A stretch of DNA of 64,000 bases from Bradyrhizobium sp. (GTDB taxonomy: Bacteria > Pseudomonadota > Alphaproteobacteria > Rhizobiales > Xanthobacteraceae). Position numbers and translations under genes: made by a program. The stretch lies in assembly GCA_035487555.1 (NCBI GenBank), contig DATHMA010000158.1:1143-65142 (forward strand). Reading direction: 5' to 3'. Positions 39,605 through 48,563 of the stretch are shown piece by piece. How positions within the stretch are numbered: position 1 is the stretch's first letter; each line of letters opens with the position of its first letter. The notes beneath the pieces are model-generated. The model ran no database searches. It was given only the letters and a program-made list of their open reading frames with translations, and was not told the origin of the DNA.

Positions 39605-40618
39605 CTATCCTTCCAATCTGACTCTTGGATCAATGACGCCATAGAGAATGTCGATCATCAAGTTGAGCAGCACATACATCACCGCCATGGTCAGCACGAA
39701 ACCCTGCACCGGCGCGAAGTCCGAGGAGATCAGCGCTTCCACCGCATAGGAGCCGATGCCGGGCCAGGCAAAGACCTTCTCCACCAGCACATTGGCGCCC
39801 AGCAGAAACGAGAACACCATCGACAGCGTGGTGATGACCGGCAGCATGGCGTTACGGAAGGCGTAGGTGACGATCACGGTCGACGGCTTCAGGCCGCTGG
39901 CGCGCGCCGTGCGCACGAAGTCGGAGGCGAGCACCGAGAGCATCGAGGCGCGGGTCATGCGCGCGATCGGCGCCATCGAAAAGATCGCCAGCGTCGCCGC
40001 CGGCAGGATGAGCTGGCTCAGCGCCGAGCGGAACGCCTCGAAGTCGCGCGCGATCAGCGTATCGATCAGATAGAAGCCCGTGACCGTCGGCGGCGTGCTG
40101 TAGAATACATCGAGCCGGCCGAGCGGCGCCGGCGACCAGCCGAGCAGGTAATAGAAGACGTAGACCAGCACCAGGCCGGTGAAGAACACCGGCAGCGAGA
40201 CCCCGGCCGTGGTGGTGATGCGACAGAGATGGTCGATCCAGGACCCCGGCCTGGTCGCAGCGAGTACGCCGAGCGGCAGCGCGATCGCGACGGAAATGAT
40301 CAGACCGAGCAGCGTCAGCTCGGCAGAGGCCGGCAGGCGATTGCGGATTTCGGTCGCGACCGGCTGGCCCGTCGTCAGCGAATTGCCGAGATCGCCATGG
40401 GCGAGATCGCTCGTGTAGTGGAAGAACTGCTCGATCAGCGGCTTGTCGAAACCGAGCTTCTTCCTGATCTGCTCGACCGCTTCCTTGGTCGCGGCGGGGC
40501 CGGCGAAATAGGCGGCGGGATCACCGGGCAGCGCGCGGGTCAACAGGAAGGTCACGATGACAACCCCGATCAGGCTCGGGATCGCAAACATCAACCGCTT
40601 CCCGATCATGGTCAGCAT
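39605..40618 (-). CDS. Peptide-type ABC permease (DppB-like)
   Basis: LPGDPA, VEKVFAWPGIG, IDPRVR. Confidence 0.92.
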   Translation of the reverse strand: MLTMIGKRLMFAIPSLIGVVIVTFLLTRALPGDPAAYFAGPAATKEAVEQIRKKLGFDKPLIEQFFHYTSDLAHGDLGNSLTTGQPVATEIRNRLPASAELTLLGLIISVAIALPLGVLAATRPGSWIDHLCRITTTAGVSLPVFFTGLVLVYVFYYLLGWSPAPLGRLDVFYSTPPTVTGFYLIDTLIARDFEAFRSALSQLILPAATLAIFSMAPIARMTRASMLSVLASDFVRTARASGLKPSTVIVTYAFRNAMLPVITTLSMVFSFLLGANVLVEKVFAWPGIGSYAVEALISSDFAPVQGFVLTMAVMYVLLNLMIDILYGVIDPRVRLEG

Positions 40619-40624
40619 GGCGGC

Positions 40625-42244
40625 TCATCCCTTGACCAGCGAGCGATAATCCAGCCGGCGGTGGAACCAGTATTGATAGCCCGAGACGTTCTTCTGCATC
40701 GCGACGTTGACGAAGGGCTGATACAGCGGAATTCGGGGCACGTCGGTGAAGGCGAGATCGATGAAGCCTTTGACGTCGGTGTCGTAGGCCACCTTGTCGC
40801 CGCTGGCAGCTGCGGCGCGCGCGCCGTCGATGAGCTTGTCCATCTCCGGCGACTTGTAGCTCATGGTGTTGAAGATCGAATTCTGGCCGTGATAGGCCCA
40901 GAAGAAGAAGTATTCGGGATAATCGAGCCAGCCCGAGAACACGTTGGTGAAGAGCGGCATCTCCTTCTTGGTGAATTCGGTGCGCCAGTTGGCGCCCGGC
41001 ACCTTGTTGATGGTGGTCTTGATGCCGATCTGGGCGAGGCTCTCCTGCACCAGCACGCAGAGCGGCTCGTTGACCTGCGCGAAGTTCAGGTCGAATGACA
41101 GCGTGGTGTCGAAGCCGTTCGGAGCAGCCTCCGCCATCAGCACCTTCGCCTTGTCCATGTCGGTATTGTATTTGTGCGGCTGTGGCCAGACGACCTCGGT
41201 TGGCTTGTCGGCGGGCGCGCCGAACAGGGGGTTGGCGAGCCCGAACATCACGGCGTCCATGATCTTCTGGTAAGGCAGCGCGTAGGCGACCGCCTGGCGC
41301 ACCTTGGGATTATCGAACGGCGGCTTGGTGACGTTCATCCCGATATATTGAATGCCGTTGGAATACGGGATCGAGACGACGTTGAGCTTGCTCTCCGTCT
41401 TCATCTCCTGGAAATCCTTGTTCGGGAGCTCGTAGGAGATGTCGGCATCGCCGCGCTCCAGCAGCGCACGGCGGTTGCCGGCCTGCGGCACCATGCGCCA
41501 GATCACGCGGCGGACTTTCGGCACGGGACCGCCGACCCAATCGTCGTTGCGCTCCATGATCACTTCGGTGCCCGCGGTCCACTTCGTCACCTTGTAGGCG
41601 CCGGAGCCCGCAGTCTGCTGCTTGGCATATTCCATACCCCAGGGATCTTTCTCGCTGGCGTTCTTCTTCAACAGCTCCGAGTTGAACACGCTGGGCACGA
41701 TGACCGCGAGGTCGGGGATGGTGAGCTTGTCCTTTTTCAAAAAGTCGATGCGCACGGTGTTGTCGTCGACAACGACGAACTGCTCCGTCTTGGTGAGCGA
41801 GCCCGCGGCCATCTGGAAGGTCGGGAAGCCGCCGACGGAGACGGCGCGGTCGAGCGACCACTTGACGTCCTTTGCCGTCACCGGCGCGCCGTCGTGGAAT
41901 TTGGCGTTCTTCTTCAGCTTGAAGGTCACCGACATGTCGCTGAGGTTCATGTCCTCGGCGAGTTCGCCCTTGATCTTGTCGCGGTCGTAATAGGGCACGC
42001 CGCCGGGACCGGCCTTCATCTCGTGGCTGATCAGCCGGTCGTAGCAATTCCAGCAAACCTCATAGCCGGGCACGTTGGTGCCGACACCGTGGATGTCGAG
42101 ATTATTCGGGCCGCCTTCGGAAACGATGAGCAGCGTCTCGGACCGCGCATCGGCCTTGGCCGGTGACCAGATCGCGGGTGCGGTGGGAGCGAGAGCCCCG
42201 GCCGCCAATCCAGAGACGGATTTCAGAAAGTCGCGGCGCTTCAT
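40625..42244 (-). CDS. Peptide-type ABC substrate-binding protein (Tat signal)
   Basis: MKRRDFLK; FHDGAPVTAKDVKWS; PFDNPKVRQAV. Confidence 0.92.
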   Translation of the reverse strand: MKRRDFLKSVSGLAAGALAPTAPAIWSPAKADARSETLLIVSEGGPNNLDIHGVGTNVPGYEVCWNCYDRLISHEMKAGPGGVPYYDRDKIKGELAEDMNLSDMSVTFKLKKNAKFHDGAPVTAKDVKWSLDRAVSVGGFPTFQMAAGSLTKTEQFVVVDDNTVRIDFLKKDKLTIPDLAVIVPSVFNSELLKKNASEKDPWGMEYAKQQTAGSGAYKVTKWTAGTEVIMERNDDWVGGPVPKVRRVIWRMVPQAGNRRALLERGDADISYELPNKDFQEMKTESKLNVVSIPYSNGIQYIGMNVTKPPFDNPKVRQAVAYALPYQKIMDAVMFGLANPLFGAPADKPTEVVWPQPHKYNTDMDKAKVLMAEAAPNGFDTTLSFDLNFAQVNEPLCVLVQESLAQIGIKTTINKVPGANWRTEFTKKEMPLFTNVFSGWLDYPEYFFFWAYHGQNSIFNTMSYKSPEMDKLIDGARAAAASGDKVAYDTDVKGFIDLAFTDVPRIPLYQPFVNVAMQKNVSGYQYWFHRRLDYRSLVKG

Positions 42245-42289
42245 CAAGGGCTCCAACGCAACGTGGAAGGTGCTGTTGGAGCAATATTC

Positions 42290-42430
42290 GCAAGGTTCGT
42301 GCCAAGCCTTACACAAGCCTTAACGGCGGCCTAACCTCATGATTGGCCTCCCGGAATCCGCGTGTTTCGCCACCTGTCGGACGCCGGTCGCATTGCATAC
42401 AAAGCGACAGCATTGCCCATTATGGAGGCA
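42290..42430 (-). promoter_or_regulatory. Sigma54 promoter with GntR-like and NtrC-like sites for the ABC-atzGEH operon
   Basis: Minus strand TTGGCACG-aacc-TTGC (42305-42290); TTGCATACAA (42393-42402); TGC-N11-GCA (42414-42430). Confidence 0.78.
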
Positions 42431-42452
42431 GGCGGCGGCGATGCCTTTCGTT

Positions 42453-43397
42453 TCAATCCGGCCAGATCAGCCCCTGAAGCTGGACGAGGTCGCAGGCCTT
42501 CTCCTGCCAATCCTCGATGCAGATGTGCCGGATCGGATCGCTGGCATGGTGCAGCAGCATCAACGCCATCAGCCGGCGCTTCAGCGCAAAATTCACGTCC
42601 GCGTGTGAATAGCCAAAGCCCCCGAACAGGCTGCGCACCCGGCCCGGCCGGCCTGCGGCCATGAATGCGCTGGGGCCAAGCAGATCATATTCGCGCCAGC
42701 CCGTTTTGACGTCGCCAAAATCGAAAAGCCCTGCGACGCGCCATTGGCCGCGATTTTCAGCGAGCAGGAAATTTTCCGGAATGTATTCGCCGGTCAGGAT
42801 CACGGGCGGCGGATCGAGCGGAACGGCCGCGTCACGCAGGAGGTCGTCCAGCCCGTCCAGGAATTTTGGCTTGAGGCCGAGCCGCTCGTGCCGCGTATGG
42901 CAGCCGGCGATCTGCCGGCGGAGAAACACATCCCAGCGCGGCTCGATCTCGAGCAATGCACCCGGTGGAACGCGCTGCACCTCGGCGATAACAGCGCCGA
43001 TCTCTCGCAGCACACGCTCCTTCTGCTCTTCCGGCAGAGAAGGCCAGACGTCCGAGCCCACGATGCCGGAAAGGCGTGTGATGACGAGATAGGGCCAGCC
43101 GTCGCGTTCGCCTTCAGCCACGATTTCCGGGATCGGCAGGCTGAGCCGGCCGTGGAGTTGCATCAGCGCGCCGCGCTCCGAGACAAACTGGCTGCGCAGC
43201 ATCGGCGGAAAAATCTTCAGGATCAGCCGGGAATCGAGCGCCACCACGAGATTAGTGCCGGTCGCGAAGATGTGCGGCGCGGCGCTGCCGAGACCGTGGC
43301 GGAGCGCGATGTCGCGCGCCACCGCCAGACATCGCGCGTTATCGGCGCGCCAGACGCGGAAGGCGTCGAAATTCGTCAGCGGCGGCAGGTTGGGCAT
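42453..43397 (-). CDS. Aminoglycoside phosphotransferase/choline kinase-like protein
   Basis: ILKIFP, WPYLVITRL, LTGEYIPENFL, LFDFGD. Confidence 0.8.
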   Translation of the reverse strand: MPNLPPLTNFDAFRVWRADNARCLAVARDIALRHGLGSAAPHIFATGTNLVVALDSRLILKIFPPMLRSQFVSERGALMQLHGRLSLPIPEIVAEGERDGWPYLVITRLSGIVGSDVWPSLPEEQKERVLREIGAVIAEVQRVPPGALLEIEPRWDVFLRRQIAGCHTRHERLGLKPKFLDGLDDLLRDAAVPLDPPPVILTGEYIPENFLLAENRGQWRVAGLFDFGDVKTGWREYDLLGPSAFMAAGRPGRVRSLFGGFGYSHADVNFALKRRLMALMLLHHASDPIRHICIEDWQEKACDLVQLQGLIWPD

Positions 43398-43407
43398 CGC
43401 GACAACG

Positions 43408-44802
43408 CTACCGGCAAAAATCTTCATTGTTGACGTGCAGGCAGCGCGGCGCCTCCGCCATTTTCTGCCGGCCGCAGCCATCGGCCGCATCGATTTTCTT
43501 CAGCGCGCGCAGCGCGGCCATGGTTGGGCGGTACCAGAGGTAACGCTCGTCCGTCAGAAGCGACGCATGCCGCAATCCAGTCACCGTCGGCGCATCGAAG
43601 CTGCCGCTGCCCTCGCTTGGCATGCAGGCCAGGCGGATCAATTGCTCCTGGATGTGGGTCACCAGCTCGCGGCCTTCATAAGTGGGGCCCGCACTGTCGA
43701 GCACGATTGCTTCGCGGAGGCGCGAGGCGGCGGCGCGCGCTTGTTCCGCCTCCGGCGTGCCGGGAAACAGGGAAGCGACCAGCTCATAGGCCTCCGGCGT
43801 CTTCAGGCTCTTGGCGCGGGCGAGCACCAGCGCCGCCGATGACGCCGCGGCAGCCGGAGTCTCCTTCGGCTCCGCAGCACGCAGTTTTGCAACTGCGTCC
43901 CTTGCTTCCGCAGCCTCGGGACTATCGGGAAAGCGTTCGAGCAGGAGATCGAACAGCGCGGCGTTACTGGTCTCTTTCGCGGCCGCAAGAAGTTGCGCGG
44001 CGGGAGAAGGCGGCGGCGCCGGCGGCACGAAATAGAAGTCGAGCTCGAGCGAGGTGGATTCCCATGGAATCTGCAAGTCGCCGGTGGCGAACCGCACCTG
44101 CCGGCGCACGGTCTTGAAGATGTCCTCCAGCTTCTCGCCCGGCAAGGCGATGGCCTCAGCCAGCGCCCGCGCGTAGGGGCTGTGGCCATCATCACCGTCG
44201 AACGCCGTCTTGCCCGAGCCGGTGGCGGAGGCAATGAACACGCCGAGAACCGCACCCATCGGCACGAGGCCGGTGACACCGCGCGGTGCCACGCTTTCCG
44301 GGAACGGATTGTCCCGGCAGGCATCGAGGATGAGGATGTTGAGTCCGTTGCCGGCCGAGGCGAGGCGATCGGCTATCCGCTTGACGCTCAGCGACTGCGG
44401 CGCAATGTCCGAGCGACGCCTGATGTCGGCACTGACGGGCAGGAGATAATTCACCCCGTCACTTTCGAGCCCATGGCCGGCATAATAGAGCAGCGCGACC
44501 GTGTCCTTACCGCGCTCCCTGACCTTGCGCGCGAATTGCTCGACGTCGTCTGACATCTCCTTGAGACCGCGATCCTGTTTTTCCGTCACCTCAAAGCCAA
44601 GCTGCCCGAGCTTTTCGGCCATCAATTGCGCGTCCTGCCCGGGATTGGCGAGACGTCCGAGGTTTGCGTAATTGGCGTTGCCGATCACGAGTGCGAGCCG
44701 CGGCGCTGTAGGCGGCACGCTCTTGCGTTCGGCCGCGGCCAGCCATGGCGCGAGCACCAGCGCGACAACGAGCACGGCAAATTTCGGGAAGGCCTTCCAC
44801 AT
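43408..44802 (-). CDS. Secreted caspase-family (peptidase C14) protein
   Basis: Signal peptide; LALVIGNANY, YYAGHG, ILDACRDNP. Confidence 0.9.
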   Translation of the reverse strand: MWKAFPKFAVLVVALVLAPWLAAAERKSVPPTAPRLALVIGNANYANLGRLANPGQDAQLMAEKLGQLGFEVTEKQDRGLKEMSDDVEQFARKVRERGKDTVALLYYAGHGLESDGVNYLLPVSADIRRRSDIAPQSLSVKRIADRLASAGNGLNILILDACRDNPFPESVAPRGVTGLVPMGAVLGVFIASATGSGKTAFDGDDGHSPYARALAEAIALPGEKLEDIFKTVRRQVRFATGDLQIPWESTSLELDFYFVPPAPPPSPAAQLLAAAKETSNAALFDLLLERFPDSPEAAEARDAVAKLRAAEPKETPAAAASSAALVLARAKSLKTPEAYELVASLFPGTPEAEQARAAASRLREAIVLDSAGPTYEGRELVTHIQEQLIRLACMPSEGSGSFDAPTVTGLRHASLLTDERYLWYRPTMAALRALKKIDAADGCGRQKMAEAPRCLHVNNEDFCR

Positions 44803-44916
44803 CCGCGCACTATAGCGTGGCGGCGACGTGACAGCCACCAAGGCATGTGTCATCAAATTGACGGTCCATCGGCGCTATGATTGAATTTAAAATCGGCATC
44901 GGCTCATAATTGTGCG

Positions 44917-45522
44917 ATGCGGCTGAACCGGCGCACCGTGACATCAAACACAACGCATCGCTTGCTTCGTAGTGCGGCCGTGGCTGCGGGCCTGCTCTGG
45001 CAGCCCGTCGCGACGCGCACGGAAGTGCTGAGCGGCCACGAATTCCAGAGCCTGCTCGCCAGCGGGCCGGAAGGCACCACCATCCTGTTCGAGGGCGGCG
45101 CCGATCGGCTGTTCTACTCGCCGACCCTCAAGAACAAACTGCGGCAGATGCCGGAGTTGGGTGCGGATTTCCTGAAGCAGAAGATCGCCCCGAACACGCT
45201 GGCCGAAGGCGTCTTCGTCAGCGCATCGACCGAAGGTGGCAAGTGGCACACCATCAGCGGCATCGCGGGAATTGCTGCGGACACCGACAGCGGGCATGGC
45301 ATCCTGACCTTGCTGCAAACCTTTCCAGAGGACACCAGCATCAAGGCCTTCGAGAAGCGCGACCGGCTTTATTCGGTCGTCATCGTCGAGGACTCCGCCA
45401 ACGGCGTTCTGTGCCGCCGGTCACGGTGGGTGAAGCTTTTTGCGTCCAAGGATGCGCCGAGGATGACGACTGTGCCGTGCGAGTTTGTGGTGGGCAACGC
45501 GGTGACACCCGCGGCGCAGTAA
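44917..45522 (+). CDS. Hypothetical, probably exported protein
   Basis: Long ORF with signal-like N-terminus; start uncertain. Confidence 0.6.
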   Translation: MRLNRRTVTSNTTHRLLRSAAVAAGLLWQPVATRTEVLSGHEFQSLLASGPEGTTILFEGGADRLFYSPTLKNKLRQMPELGADFLKQKIAPNTLAEGVFVSASTEGGKWHTISGIAGIAADTDSGHGILTLLQTFPEDTSIKAFEKRDRLYSVVIVEDSANGVLCRRSRWVKLFASKDAPRMTTVPCEFVVGNAVTPAAQ

Positions 45523-45579
45523 GGGAAGGAACGCAACGGCTGCTTGGGCCGGTGTACTTGGGGAATTGGGGAGGATCAA

Positions 45580-46011
45580 ATGACATCACTTGCTCGCGCG
45601 GCGCTTCTTGCCGCGCTCGTGCTTGGTGCCGCGCGGCTCGCGGTCGGCGAAGCCGCGGCCGGTGCCGCGGTGGCGGCGGCCGCGCAAAGCGCCGATGCCG
45701 GCATCTCCGCCTGCAGCAACAACACCGGCAAGGCGCTCTACGGCTGCGTCGCCGATGCGCTGGACCGGCTGAGCGGCGAAATATCCGACGTCAAGGTACC
45801 GGCCGCGCAGACCGCTTTACGCACGGCTGCATCGAGATTGCGCGCTGCGGTCAACAAGACCCAGGCGCTCTCCGCGATCGCCCAATGCCGCGCGGCGATA
45901 TCAAGCGCAATCAGCCTGGCGAGGACGATCGGCCGAGGCGGCAGTTCCGGCCTCGATGCGATCGCTGGAGTCCTCAGTCACGCGGCTGCACTGATCCAGT
46001 CGAAGGGCTAG
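45580..46011 (+). CDS. Secreted Ala-rich helical hypothetical protein
   Basis: GGAGG RBS, signal peptide, C-N8-C pair. Confidence 0.7.
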   Translation: MTSLARAALLAALVLGAARLAVGEAAAGAAVAAAAQSADAGISACSNNTGKALYGCVADALDRLSGEISDVKVPAAQTALRTAASRLRAAVNKTQALSAIAQCRAAISSAISLARTIGRGGSSGLDAIAGVLSHAAALIQSKG

Positions 46012-46022
46012 TACATTGCGGT

Positions 46023-47348
46023 CTAGCGGTCCGGGCTCGCGCGCTCGAACTGGTGGAGCAGCTTGTTGCCGCGCTCGACCGCGGAGTCCATCGCGGCTTG
46101 CGCGGTCTTCTTGCCGGAGAACGCCTGCTCCAGCTCGTCGTCGATCGCATCGCGGATCAACGTGAACGAGCCGAGTCGGAGCCCGCGCGAATTTTCCGTC
46201 GGCGGCTTCAGCGTGATCTGCTCGATCGAGATCGAGGTGCCCGGATTGCGATCGTAAAAGCCCTGCGCGCGGGTCAGGTCGAAGGCGGCGCGGGTGATCG
46301 GAAGATAGCCTGTGTTCTGGTGCCAGGCGGCCTGCGCTTCCGGCTTCGACAGGAAGGAAAAGAATTTCGCCACGCCCTTGTATTCGTCCCTTGGCCGGTC
46401 GCGCAGCACCCACAGCGTCGCGCCGCCGATGATGGTGTTTTGCGGCGCGCCCGCAACATCGGGCCAGTACGGCATCATGCCGTAGCCGACGTCGAACTTC
46501 GAATTGGCCTTGATGTCGGCCCGCGTCGCCGAAGAACCGATGAAGATGCCGCATTCGCCCTTCTGAAACCGCGGCTCGGCACTTTGCGCCCGGCCGCTGT
46601 AATCGAAGATCCTGGTGGCCTGCCATTCCGCGAGCTGCGCGATATGGCGCACGACGATCGGATTGTTGAAGACCAGCGCCGCATCAAGCCCGCCAAAACC
46701 GTTGGCCTTGGTTGCGAGCGGCAGATTGTGAAACGCGGAAAAATTCTCGATATTGATCCAGGACGGCCAGGATGTCGTGAAGCCGCACGCTGCCCCATAG
46801 TCGCGCAATTTCTTCGCCGCGGCGCCCAACTCCGGCCAGGTCTTGGGCGGCGCCTCCGGATCGAGCCCGGCGTCGCGGAACATGGTCTTGTTGTAATAAA
46901 GGATCGGTGTCGAGGAATTGAACGGGAACGACAACAAATTGCCGCTGACATCGGCATAATAACCGGTGACGGCCGGCAAATACGCGCTCGGCGTGAAAGG
47001 CTCCTGCTCGTCGCGCATCAGCTCGAACACCGGATAGATCGCGCCCTTGGCCGCCATCATGGTCGCGGTGCCGATCTCGTTGACCTGCACGATCGCGGGC
47101 TGGCTGCGCGAACGAAACGCGAAGATCGCGGCCGTCACGGTTTCGGTGTAACTGCCCTTATAGCTGGGCACGACCTTGTAGTCGGACTGCGAGGCGTTGA
47201 AATCTGCGGCGAGCTTCTCGACCTGGCGGCCGAGTTCGCCTGACATGGCGTGCCACCACATAATCTCGGTGGCCGCCAACGCCGGCGACGAAAAGCCGAT
47301 GGCGACCGTTACAGCCGCGAGTTGCATTAACCTGATGATGGGCTGCAC
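46023..47348 (-). CDS. ugpB: sn-glycerol-3-phosphate-binding protein
   Basis: WWHAMSG, FPFNSSTPILYYNK, NTIIGGATLWV, WHQNTGYLPIT. Confidence 0.88.
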   Translation of the reverse strand: MQPIIRLMQLAAVTVAIGFSSPALAATEIMWWHAMSGELGRQVEKLAADFNASQSDYKVVPSYKGSYTETVTAAIFAFRSRSQPAIVQVNEIGTATMMAAKGAIYPVFELMRDEQEPFTPSAYLPAVTGYYADVSGNLLSFPFNSSTPILYYNKTMFRDAGLDPEAPPKTWPELGAAAKKLRDYGAACGFTTSWPSWINIENFSAFHNLPLATKANGFGGLDAALVFNNPIVVRHIAQLAEWQATRIFDYSGRAQSAEPRFQKGECGIFIGSSATRADIKANSKFDVGYGMMPYWPDVAGAPQNTIIGGATLWVLRDRPRDEYKGVAKFFSFLSKPEAQAAWHQNTGYLPITRAAFDLTRAQGFYDRNPGTSISIEQITLKPPTENSRGLRLGSFTLIRDAIDDELEQAFSGKKTAQAAMDSAVERGNKLLHQFERASPDR

Positions 47349-47547
47349 GGCAAATCACTCTCAAATTGGTTGCGGACGAATCTGGACCGTTAATATTTCG
47401 GCGCCCTTCACGAAAAGCTTCGAGTCCATTCCGGAAAAGACCGGTCCCGCGCGCCATTGACGATCATCCCGGCGTCGGCACAATAGCGACATCTCGCATT
47501 GCCTGCAAAAAAGCATTGAACCTTTTCCGCCCGCCCCAGACTCCATC

Positions 47548-48555
47548 ATGAAGGGGAAGAAGTTGCCTGTGTCCCGCGCCAGCCTTCCGCGGACCTTGAC
47601 CCTTGTTGTCGCGCTGCTGTTGACGGTGGCCGCAACGGGGGCTTTCGCGCGTGAATTTCGCGCCGCCGATACCCAGAACGAAGATTATCCGACGGTCCAG
47701 GCGCTGCGCTATATGGGCCATCTGATCGAGGAGCGTTCGGGCGGCCGGCTGCAGATTCGCGTCTTCCATTCGCGCCAGCTTGGCGAGGAAAAGGAGACGA
47801 TCGAGCAGACCCGCGTCGGCGCCATCGATCTCAACCGGACCAATGTGGCCCTGATCGGCACTTTCGTGCCGTCGATGAATGTACTGGCGATGCCGTTTTT
47901 GTTCCGTTCCATCGAGCATCAGCAGAAAGTCCTGGATGGACCGATCGGTGCCGAAATCCTGGGCAGCTTCGAACCTTACGGCTTCGTGGGATTGACCTTC
48001 TACGATTCCGGCGCGCGGTCGATCTATAATAATGTGCGCCCGGTACGCACGCTTGCCGATATGAAAGGCCTGCGTATCCGCGTGCAGCAATCCGAGCTGA
48101 TGTCCAACATGATCAGGGCCCTGGGCGCCGAGCCGATCGAATTGCCCTATGGCCAGGTCCTGACCGGTCTTGCCACCAGGCTGGTCGATGGCGCCGAGAA
48201 CAACTGGCCGTCCTTCGTCACCACCGATCACTACAAATATGCCCATTTCTATACGCTCACCGAGCACACCATGAGCCCCGAGGTGCTGGTGATGTCGCTG
48301 AAGGCCTGGCAGAGCCTGTCGCCGGACGACCAGAAGATCTTTCGCGAGGCCGCGCTGAGGTCGGGCCAGTTCATGCGCGAAAAATGGCGCGACCTCGAAG
48401 ATCAGTCGCGCAAGCAGGCGGAAACCGCCGGGGTCACCGTTGTCCGGGATTTCGACCGCAAGCCGTTCGAGGACGCCATGGCTCCGCTCTACGACAAGGC
48501 GATGCGCGATCCCGCCGCCGCCGCCCTGATCGAACGCATTCGCAAGGTGGAGTGA
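47548..48555 (+). CDS. TRAP transporter substrate-binding protein (DctP family)
   Basis: QLGEEKETIEQ, DMKGLRIRV, VDGAENN. Confidence 0.9.
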   Translation: MKGKKLPVSRASLPRTLTLVVALLLTVAATGAFAREFRAADTQNEDYPTVQALRYMGHLIEERSGGRLQIRVFHSRQLGEEKETIEQTRVGAIDLNRTNVALIGTFVPSMNVLAMPFLFRSIEHQQKVLDGPIGAEILGSFEPYGFVGLTFYDSGARSIYNNVRPVRTLADMKGLRIRVQQSELMSNMIRALGAEPIELPYGQVLTGLATRLVDGAENNWPSFVTTDHYKYAHFYTLTEHTMSPEVLVMSLKAWQSLSPDDQKIFREAALRSGQFMREKWRDLEDQSRKQAETAGVTVVRDFDRKPFEDAMAPLYDKAMRDPAAAALIERIRKVE

Positions 48556-48563
48556 GGATCGCG

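Noticed and set aside
42453-43397. Bona fide aminoglycoside resistance gene
   Set aside because: Only fold-level similarity; the catalytic HGD motif is altered and there is no mobile resistance context.
44858-44881. TTGACG...TATGAT sigma70 promoter
   Set aside because: Spacer is only 12 bp.
47349-47547. Pho box upstream of ugpB
   Set aside because: No convincing CTGTCAT-N4 repeat found by eye.
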